Shown one piece after another: positions 10,375 to 16,895 of a stretch of 64,000 nt of DNA (positions are counted from its first letter, which is position 1; every line of letters begins with the position of its first letter). The stretch lies in the NCBI GenBank assembly GCA_036770365.1, contig DAIPJH010000001.1:236767-300766 (forward strand). Direction: 5' to 3'. The notes beneath the pieces are model-generated. The model searched no databases and was not told where the DNA came from. It saw nothing but the letters and a program-made list of their open reading frames with translations. The translations under genes and the position numbers were made by a program. The stretch comes from Rickettsiales bacterium (GTDB lineage Bacteria; Pseudomonadota; Alphaproteobacteria; Rickettsiales; UBA998).

Positions 10375-10413
10375 AATAAAAAACCCCTCCAAAATACTGA
10401 AGGGGTTTTTTTG
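10375..10413 (-). terminator. Rho-independent terminator downstream of the Ala/Pro-rich gene
   Basis: aaaaaacccct / aggggttttttt stem with a 12-nt loop. A T-run follows on the minus strand, directly 3-prime of the stop at 10436. Confidence 0.6.
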
Positions 10414-10435
10414 ATGCACTGCAAGAGTGCGAAGA

Positions 10436-10780
10436 TTACTTCGCAGCAGGAGCTTCAGCAGCAGGAGCTTCAGCAGCAGGAGCTTCAGCAGCAGGAGCTT
10501 CAGCAGCAGGAGCAGCAGGAGCAGCAGCTTCTTCTTTTTTAGCAGCAGCTTTTTTAGCTTTTTTATGTTTTTTGTGTTTTTTAGCTTTTTTAGCAGGAGC
10601 TGCTTTTTCTGCCGCAGGAGCAGCAGCTTCGGTGGTAGCAGCCGCCGCAGGAGCAGCAGCTTCAGCAGGAGCAGCAGCTTCGGTGGTAGCAGCCGCCGCA
10701 GGAGCAGCCATTTCTTCAGTAGCAAACGCAGGAGCAGCAGCAAACGCAGCAGCAACAACAAGAGAAACAAGCTTTTTCAT
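10436..10780 (-). CDS. small secreted low-complexity Ala/Pro/Glu/Lys-rich repeat protein (114 aa)
   Basis: Sec signal peptide MKKLVSLVVAAAFAAAPAFA. Repeats are AAPAAAATTEAAAP (x2) and AEAPA (x4), around a basic core KKAKKHKKHKKAKK. It is flanked by its own terminator. The other frames over this region are poly-Leu or poly-Ser artefacts. Confidence 0.6.
   Translation of the reverse strand: MKKLVSLVVAAAFAAAPAFATEEMAAPAAAATTEAAAPAEAAAPAAAATTEAAAPAAEKAAPAKKAKKHKKHKKAKKAAAKKEEAAAPAAPAAEAPAAEAPAAEAPAAEAPAAK
10445..10504. repeat. four perfect copies of a 15-nt tandem repeat (agcaggagcttcagc); a further ~33-nt segment is duplicated at about 10617-10649 and 10668-10700
   Basis: Read directly from the sequence. 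The repeats are in frame and encode the AEAPA and AAPAAAATTEAAAP units. Confidence 0.85.
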
Positions 10781-11042
10781 AAACTTAATCTTTCAAAATA
10801 GGTAATAGGGTTCGTTATCTTCAAGGAAAATGGGGGCCGAACCAATACCTCCTCAATCTCTCTTTCGCGTCTAATCCTTTTCGGATTTTCCTACAAGTAC
10901 GATTTTTTAAAAAACCCACCAAAACTTACTTCCGCAATTCTTTTTTTAGGAAGTGTATGTAAAAAGACACACAAAGACTTGCCAAGCCACATCAAACCCC
11001 TTATGCAAATCTTCTCCCCATATGACATTTTGACATACGACA

Positions 11043-11345
11043 ATGACACCATATTACAATTTCTCTTCTAAGGTCTGGTTATATACATCACACAAAGCCG
11101 CATGGCATTTTACCTCCATTCCTGAAGATATATCCGCGGAAATCACCATGTTTCATGGACATAACATGTTAGGGTGGGGTTCTCTCCCTGTGCGAGCAAC
11201 CATCGGCATAACCACATGGAAAACCTCTATTTTTTCTAACAAAAAAACTAGAACTTATCTGCTGCCACTCAAAGCAGAGATACGCAAGCAGGAAAACATT
11301 GCCGAGGGCGACGACATTAAGGTAACGCTAGAAGTTTTAGCATAA
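11043..11345 (+). CDS. DUF1905-like small protein
   Basis: 100-aa ORF. The pattern ...GWGSLPVRATIG...W.TSIF......YLLPLKAEIRK...GD.I.V.L matches my memory of the DUF1905 family. Confidence 0.55.
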   Translation: MTPYYNFSSKVWLYTSHKAAWHFTSIPEDISAEITMFHGHNMLGWGSLPVRATIGITTWKTSIFSNKKTRTYLLPLKAEIRKQENIAEGDDIKVTLEVLA

Positions 11346-11381
11346 AAAAAACGCCGCATATTGCGACGTTGAAAAGATGGA

Positions 11382-11456
11382 TGGCTCCCTGGGCAAGATT
11401 CGAACTTGCGACCAATTGATTAACAGTCAACTGCGCTACCGCTGCGCTACCAGGGA
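11382..11456 (-). tRNA. tRNA-Asn (anticodon GUU), CCA encoded
   Basis: The reverse complement folds as a cloverleaf: acceptor TCCCTGG/CCAGGGA, D-arm GCGC-AGCGGTA-GCGC, anticodon arm GTTGA-CTGTTAA-TCAAT, T-arm GCAAG-TTCGAAT-CTTGC, discriminator G, then CCA. Confidence 0.9.
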
Positions 11457-11562
11457 ACATTCTCCATGCCAACACCAAAGTCTCTTTGGCGAGGCGTGTG
11501 CTTCTATAACAAAAGCACCCACGTAATTCTAGCACTTTTTTACTAAAAATGATGCTGCGACC

Positions 11563-12048
11563 TCAAAATCCCCAGCTAGAGGGGATTTCGTCTTCAAACA
11601 CAGGGTATGCGGTCACAAGATCAGCCGTGCCAAATTCCGTAATAATACGCAGATGTTGCTGCCCTTTTGTGCCAATCACTCGCCCCATAGCAATATCATA
11701 GACATCACGAGGACGTTTTCCTTCTTGTAAAATCGGTGTCCCGCGCTTTTGCCATGCCTCATCAAGTAAATCCAATAAGGCTTGTTTTTCTTTCACAATA
11801 AACACTGAATGTTTCTTCGCCTGCGCGTCCATCTGCGTATGCGCCATCATGTGATCTATACGCGTCGCAAAACGTGGTGATGGGTCATCCCCGTAGCGTA
11901 ACCCCGCCGGTGAAATATAGACTTCTTGTAACTGCACTTGCTGCGACTGCGTCTGCGGTCGCTCCGCAGGCGGCGTATAGGTTTTCCAACCATAAAGCGC
12001 AACCAGCGTCAGCGTGAGTAAAATTCGTAGTATTGTTTTAATGTTCAT
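11563..12048 (-). CDS. hypothetical exported or membrane-anchored protein (161 aa)
   Basis: N-terminal hydrophobic segment ILRILLTLTLVALYGW. The stop abuts the tsaC/sua5 stop region. No family recognised with confidence. Confidence 0.5.
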   Translation of the reverse strand: MNIKTILRILLTLTLVALYGWKTYTPPAERPQTQSQQVQLQEVYISPAGLRYGDDPSPRFATRIDHMMAHTQMDAQAKKHSVFIVKEKQALLDLLDEAWQKRGTPILQEGKRPRDVYDIAMGRVIGTKGQQHLRIITEFGTADLVTAYPVFEDEIPSSWGF

Positions 12049-12050
12049 AA

Positions 12051-13016
12051 CTATCTCGGTGCTGCTGCTCTGCGCAACCTATCATTGATTGCCATGCCCA
12101 AACCTTCATCAGGGATCGGCATCACGGCTATCGCACTATAGTCTGGCTTATCCACAAGACGCATATATGCAAAAAGATTGGCGGCAGCTTCGACCACATC
12201 ACCCGTTTCACTAAGATTGACCGTACACGCTGCTCCATGCGGCACATGCGCACCGTAAGCGAGCAACGCTTCCGTTGACAACACTTCACGAACATTAAGC
12301 CTTACCCGTAAGTTCGGCGCGTAATGACTTTGCAGCATGCCGGGAGACTTCACAACGAATCCTTCACCTGTTGCAAGGTATATCTGCGTAGAAGGAATAA
12401 CAGCGCGCAGCATCTCAAGCGTGATTGCGCCATGCCGTAAAATCAACGGTATTTCACCCGTACAATCCACCACGGTTGATTCCACCCCCACCACACACGC
12501 GCCACCATCGAGGATCATCACAGGTTCATTTTGTCCCTCAAACTCTTCTGCCACATGCTGTGCTGTCGTGGGACTGATCCGCCCCGAACGATTAGCACTT
12601 GGTGCTGCAAGTCCTACCCCTGCCGCTTCAATCAGTGCGCGTGCCACAGGGTGTGCAGGCATCCTCAGCGCAACACTGTCCATTCCTGCACTCACCAATA
12701 AAGACAATGGGCTATTTACATGTCTTGATACAACCAACGTCAACGGCGCAGGCCAAAATTCTTTTGCGAGTGTTGCGGCGATGCCACCAAGCTCTCCGTA
12801 ACGGTTTGCCATCACTTCACTGGCTACATGTACAATCAACGGATTGAAGGCTGGACGCCCTTTTGCGGCATAAATTGATGCAATTGCCGCGTCATTTTCT
12901 GCACTTCCTGCAAGCCCATACACCGTTTCTGTTGGCATAGAAATCAGCCTACCAGCGCGAAGCAATACCGCAGCTTGTTGAATAATGTCCAAGTTTGAGG
13001 AAAATACTCGCATCAT
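12051..13016 (-). CDS. tsaC: L-threonylcarbamoyladenylate synthase (Sua5/YwlC/TsaC family, with C-terminal Sua5 domain)
   Basis: YrdC-domain motif PTETVYGLAG, then SANRSG. The ~320-aa length implies a YrdC domain plus a Sua5 domain. The start is placed at the internal MMRVFSS rather than the 341-aa upstream extension. Confidence 0.85.
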   Translation of the reverse strand: MMRVFSSNLDIIQQAAVLLRAGRLISMPTETVYGLAGSAENDAAIASIYAAKGRPAFNPLIVHVASEVMANRYGELGGIAATLAKEFWPAPLTLVVSRHVNSPLSLLVSAGMDSVALRMPAHPVARALIEAAGVGLAAPSANRSGRISPTTAQHVAEEFEGQNEPVMILDGGACVVGVESTVVDCTGEIPLILRHGAITLEMLRAVIPSTQIYLATGEGFVVKSPGMLQSHYAPNLRVRLNVREVLSTEALLAYGAHVPHGAACTVNLSETGDVVEAAANLFAYMRLVDKPDYSAIAVMPIPDEGLGMAINDRLRRAAAPR

Positions 13017-13147
13017 AATTGACAAGGTTTTATTGGCTTCATATATTGCCACTAAATATCGTGGGTTGGACAGCAATTAACGGTAAAAATCACAAGATAT
13101 GTAATTCTTGTGGTAAGGTATTTTTTGACATTAGAAGGGATTTTACA

Positions 13148-14125
13148 ATGGGTCAATTAGTGATTACGGTGGCGCAACAAAAAGGTGGCGCAGGCAAAAC
13201 AACTATCGCAGCCCATTTGGCTGTCGCATTAACCCAAAAAGGGTATCGTGTTGCCGTGGTGGATATTGATCCTCAGGGCAGCTTGACGCATTGGCATCGC
13301 CTACGTGAAGAATTGTTCGGCGAAGGTTATACAGGCCTTTACTTCACCGCACTTTCAGGCTGGCGTGTTGGCAGCGAAGTAGCACGTCTTCGTCGTAGCT
13401 ATGACATCATCATCATTGATTCTCCTCCGCATGTTGAAACCGAAGCGCGTACCGCTATCCGTAGTGCAGACTTAATCCTTGTGCCTGTCCAGCCAAGCCC
13501 TACTGACCTTTGGGCAACCAAAGCGACCGTTGATCTTGCTAAGGCAGAAGGTAAAGCTGTTCGCACCATCATGAACCGCGTGAATCCCACCTCAAAAATC
13601 TTTGATTTGATTCGTGCAGAATTAAGCGACGTTGCAACCACCAAGCTTAACAACCGCGTCGTATTCGCGTCTGCATTGATGGAAGGTCGCGGCGTTACTG
13701 AAATTGCGCCAGCAAGCCCTGCGGCAACCGAAATCAAGATGCTTGCGTCTGAAGTGCTTGAGTTTATGCCACAAGAGATTGATTCTTTTGATTTTGCAGC
13801 ACAACAAACTCAAGAGCAGCCTACCATGGTGCAAGAAGTAATTTCACAACAATATGTGACGATTTCTTCGGAAAACACCATTTCTGAGCAAGAAACAGCA
13901 CCAACGACAAAAGTTTTCAAAACCAAAACCGCGGCGGCAAAATCTACCACCGCGAAAAAAGCTTCTGCGAAAACGAAAGCTGCTACCAAAGCACGTACAA
14001 CCAAGTCGGTTGTCGCAAAAGCTGCCGCAGCAAAAGCCGCAGCGGTCAAGAAAACCTCTACCAAAACCACGACAGCTACCAAAACCACCACGAAAGCACC
14101 TAAGAAAGTGCTTGAACTGGTATAA
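13148..14125 (+). CDS. ParA/MinD-family ATPase with a Lys/Ala/Thr-rich histone-H1-like C-terminal tail
   Basis: Deviant Walker A QQKGGAGKTT, and DIDPQGS and IIIDSPP motifs. The C-terminal ~75 aa read KTKTAAAKSTTAKKASAKTKAATKARTTKSVVAKAAAAKAAAVKKTSTK... The start is taken at the MGQLVITV ATG (13148), not the ORF-track upstream extension. Confidence 0.8.
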   Translation: MGQLVITVAQQKGGAGKTTIAAHLAVALTQKGYRVAVVDIDPQGSLTHWHRLREELFGEGYTGLYFTALSGWRVGSEVARLRRSYDIIIIDSPPHVETEARTAIRSADLILVPVQPSPTDLWATKATVDLAKAEGKAVRTIMNRVNPTSKIFDLIRAELSDVATTKLNNRVVFASALMEGRGVTEIAPASPAATEIKMLASEVLEFMPQEIDSFDFAAQQTQEQPTMVQEVISQQYVTISSENTISEQETAPTTKVFKTKTAAAKSTTAKKASAKTKAATKARTTKSVVAKAAAAKAAAVKKTSTKTTTATKTTTKAPKKVLELV

Positions 14126-14154
14126 GTTCTACCTTCTTAAATGAACCTACCTCT

Positions 14155-14189
14155 AAGGCTGGAACACATAATGTTCCAGCCTTTTTTCT
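14155..14189 (+). terminator. Rho-independent terminator after the ParA-like gene
   Basis: Stem aaggctggaac / gttccagcctt with a 7-nt loop, followed by ttttt. Confidence 0.75.
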
Positions 14190-14248
14190 ATGGAAAATCT
14201 ATTTTTTTTGGTATGTTCGTTCTCTAAATATCTTAAAGGAGAAAAGCC

Positions 14249-14851
14249 ATGTCAATTCATCTGCACTTTCTTCCCGCCCCCGTGCTTTCGTCCTATCAAT
14301 CTTTTTATGCTATACTGCCCTTACCGTCTGACCTCCATCCTCATGCATGTTTACGTGTTGTCGCCATCAAAGATGCGGCTATTTCTCAACGTCTTTTGCT
14401 TTGTGCTGTGCATTTTTCGCCTTCATCAAATACCTTACCCCCTACTCCTGAAACTTGGCAGCAAAACTCTTCTCTCCTACACCCGCTCACCTCATCAATA
14501 CATGCCTATCTCCAAGGAGAGCTAGTAGACTGGGACATCGAGGTAATCATGCCAGATATACCATTTAAACAAAAAGCATGGAAAGCAATGGCAGAAATTC
14601 CTTATGGGACAACCATCAGCTACAGCGAACTGGCAGCTCGTGCAGGTAATCCCAAAGCCATTCGCGCCGCTGCTTCTGCCTGTGCAACAAATCCGATCCC
14701 ACTCGTTATTCCGTGCCATAGAATCGTTGCAAAAGATGGTGGACTTGGAGGATTTGCATGGGGACTGCCTTACAAACAATCCCTATTAGATTTGGAATCG
14801 CGCACCATCAGCCCATACATCGACCCACCCTTACAACAACGCCGCGCATGA
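14249..14851 (+). CDS. ogt: methylated-DNA--protein-cysteine methyltransferase
   Basis: Active-site motif PCHRIV and an upstream IPYGTTISYSELA helix-turn-helix region. The stop overlaps the next start (ATGA). Confidence 0.8.
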   Translation: MSIHLHFLPAPVLSSYQSFYAILPLPSDLHPHACLRVVAIKDAAISQRLLLCAVHFSPSSNTLPPTPETWQQNSSLLHPLTSSIHAYLQGELVDWDIEVIMPDIPFKQKAWKAMAEIPYGTTISYSELAARAGNPKAIRAAASACATNPIPLVIPCHRIVAKDGGLGGFAWGLPYKQSLLDLESRTISPYIDPPLQQRRA

Positions 14852-15426
14852 CCTCATCCTCACCTCATAAACAAACAATCCGCCGTGCAATGAAAGAACA
14901 GCGCGTGATGCTCAGTGATATTGAACAGCATCATGCATCTCAAGAACTTTGCCGACACTGGTATAGTGAACCACGCCTAAGAAATGCACGCACAGTAGCG
15001 GCCTACTACCCTATTCAATCTGAAATCTCTCCCCTTCCCCTCATGCGTATGCTACAGCATGACCGCATCCAACTTGCCCTTCCTGCCACACACGACCAAC
15101 ATACTCCCTTGACCTTTTATTCTTATACGCTTGGAGACGCGCTTTTTACTGGGCAACACGGCATCTTAGAACCTGCACGTGATCATGCCATCATTCCCGA
15201 CCTCATTATCTTACCGCTGCTTGCCTACGATCTTCAAGGAACACGATTAGGCTATGGTGGAGGCTATTATGATCGCACCTTAGCAGAGCTGCATAAAAAA
15301 TCCTTTTTTCCACTATGTGTTGGACTTGCCTACGGATTTCAGATGGCTGAAGCCTTGCCAAATGAAACACATGATGTCACATTAGACGCCATATTAACGC
15401 CCGACGGCATCACATGGTTTTCATAA
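14848..15426 (+). CDS. 5-formyltetrahydrofolate cyclo-ligase
   Basis: Motif LGYGGGYYDRTL and a ~190-aa length. The start is taken at MTSSSPHK, overlapping the ogt stop by 4 nt. Confidence 0.8.
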   Translation: MTSSSPHKQTIRRAMKEQRVMLSDIEQHHASQELCRHWYSEPRLRNARTVAAYYPIQSEISPLPLMRMLQHDRIQLALPATHDQHTPLTFYSYTLGDALFTGQHGILEPARDHAIIPDLIILPLLAYDLQGTRLGYGGGYYDRTLAELHKKSFFPLCVGLAYGFQMAEALPNETHDVTLDAILTPDGITWFS

Positions 15427-15448
15427 CCCATAGAAAGACTTAAATAAC

Positions 15449-16249
15449 ATGCGGATCTTATTTATAGGTGATGTTGTAGGACGAGCAGGACGGGACGCTG
15501 TTCTCAAATACGTTCCCACCCTCCGTACATCAGAAAGCCTCGATGCGATCATCGTCAATGGTGATAACGCCGCCGCAGGCTTTGGCATCACAGGTGATAT
15601 CTGCAAACAATTCTTTGAAGTCGGCGTTGATGTCATCACAGGCGGCGACCATATTTGGGATCAAAAAGATATTCCATCCTACATTGCACAAGAAAAACGC
15701 TTACTACGCCCGATCAACTTTCCTTCACGCACACCGGGGTTTGGCGCAGGTATTTTTGAAGTACGTGGCGGAAAACGCCTCGCAGTCTTACATCTTCTTG
15801 GGCAGGTCTTTCATAAAGAACATCTTGACTGCCCTTTTGCCGCTGCTGAAAACTGGTGTGAACGCACACGCTTGATGCGCGAGGCAGATGCGATCGTGGT
15901 AGATGTCCACGCAGAAGCGACATCGGAAAAAAATGCTTTTGGCATCTTTTTAGACGGCAAAGTCAGCTTAGTAGTTGGCACACACACCCATATCCCCACC
16001 GCTGACGCACGTATTTTGGGAGGCGGCACAGCTTATCAAACAGATGCAGGCATGTGCGGTGATTATAACTCGGTAATTGGTTTTGACCCAACATCGCCCT
16101 TAGCGCGCTTCACGACCAAGGTCAAAAAACATCGCCTAGAAGCCGCGGCAGGAGAAGCAACACTCTGCGGGATCATTATTGAAACGAATGATAAGACAGG
16201 GTTATGCCTATCACTTAAAACATTAAGCCTAGGTGGAATGCTGGCTTAA
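15449..16249 (+). CDS. ymdB: YmdB-family metallophosphoesterase (2',3'-cyclic-nucleotide phosphodiesterase-like)
   Basis: N-terminus MRILFIGDVVGRAGR, then GDNAAAG and GTHTH motifs. 266 aa. Confidence 0.85.
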   Translation: MRILFIGDVVGRAGRDAVLKYVPTLRTSESLDAIIVNGDNAAAGFGITGDICKQFFEVGVDVITGGDHIWDQKDIPSYIAQEKRLLRPINFPSRTPGFGAGIFEVRGGKRLAVLHLLGQVFHKEHLDCPFAAAENWCERTRLMREADAIVVDVHAEATSEKNAFGIFLDGKVSLVVGTHTHIPTADARILGGGTAYQTDAGMCGDYNSVIGFDPTSPLARFTTKVKKHRLEAAAGEATLCGIIIETNDKTGLCLSLKTLSLGGMLA

Positions 16250-16292
16250 TTTTATTGGCTTTTTACCATGCAAAGAAAAACTCTTAAAAAAA

Positions 16293-16673
16293 CTAAGCGT
16301 CTTCGCCTTCTTCTTCAAGTGAAGGAATTTTAAATGGATTATTAGCAGCTCTTGTCCCGCGACGTGTCGTAGTTTTAGACTTGCTGCGCACTAAACGCCC
16401 TAAAGATTCGTCCCAGCTGTACTGATATACAACGGTTTTAATACCTGTCATAACAACATCACCGCTTGCTAATTGCAATACATCAAAACCTTTTTGCAAA
16501 GCATCATTGATAAGCGAAGAAGATTGACGCAAATAATCAGGGTTGGACATCATATCATGCATATGCGCTTCATCGACCTCGGCCGCGGTAGACAAACCTA
16601 CTTTTCCAGCCATATTCAACTTATTCAATAAACGGCGATTATATGTCATGACATTCCCCATCTTTAATTTCAC
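16293..16673 (-). CDS. hypothetical protein (126 aa)
   Basis: ORF only. The C-terminus is basic then acidic. The true start may be an internal Met (MTYNRR). Confidence 0.4.
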   Translation of the reverse strand: MKLKMGNVMTYNRRLLNKLNMAGKVGLSTAAEVDEAHMHDMMSNPDYLRQSSSLINDALQKGFDVLQLASGDVVMTGIKTVVYQYSWDESLGRLVRSKSKTTTRRGTRAANNPFKIPSLEEEGEDA

Positions 16674-16831
16674 CCATTATATGGGGCAAAACCATGCTGT
16701 CAAACCTATATATGGTAAAATATGTCCTTTTATCACCACAAAAGTTAACAGCTTGTTCATTTTTGTTACAGTTTATGTAGTAACATACGCACCATTTGTC
16801 AACTGCGAAGCCAATAAATACAATAATACAT

Positions 16832-16865
16832 AAAAAAAGCCCGATCTCATTACTGAAATCGGGCT
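16832..16865 (-). terminator. Rho-independent terminator of the hook operon
   Basis: On the minus strand the stem agcccgat / atcgggct is followed by ttttttt, about 30 nt after the flgE stop. Confidence 0.7.
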
Positions 16866-16895
16866 GAGGGGAGGAGTTAATCATTAACCAACACA

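Noticed and set aside
10342-10805. Three additional ORFs over the same low-complexity DNA: a poly-Leu 142-aa ORF, a Ser/Arg/Phe-rich 124-aa ORF and an Ala-rich 77-aa ORF.
   Set aside because: They are alternative or antisense frames of a GCA/GCT-rich repeat. Only the 10436-10780 minus-strand frame has a signal peptide, a plausible start and a terminator.
11346-11562. tRNA-Asn as a possible integration hotspot or genomic-island boundary.
   Set aside because: There is no integrase, no direct repeat of the tRNA 3-prime end and no phage or IS gene within several kb on either side.
13019-13147. N-terminal extensions offered by the ORF track for the ParA-like gene. The same applies to tsaC 13017-13076, MTHFS 14758-14847, bamD 39237-39320, purS 62075-62131, copA 53506-53562, the DjlA-like gene 60618-60671 and the sulfotransferase 6979-7041.
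   Set aside because: The extensions overlap neighbouring genes or divergent promoters and lack family-like sequence. Internal ATGs line up with conserved N-termini, signal peptides, a lipobox or ATGA/GTGA coupling.
14126-14520. A possible 6S RNA (ssrS), which in many proteobacteria lies immediately upstream of the 5-formyl-THF cyclo-ligase gene.
   Set aside because: The position is occupied by a terminator and by ogt. The ogt N-terminal domain looks like genuine MGMT sequence and its stop overlaps the cyclo-ligase start. I saw no long imperfect 6S-like hairpin.
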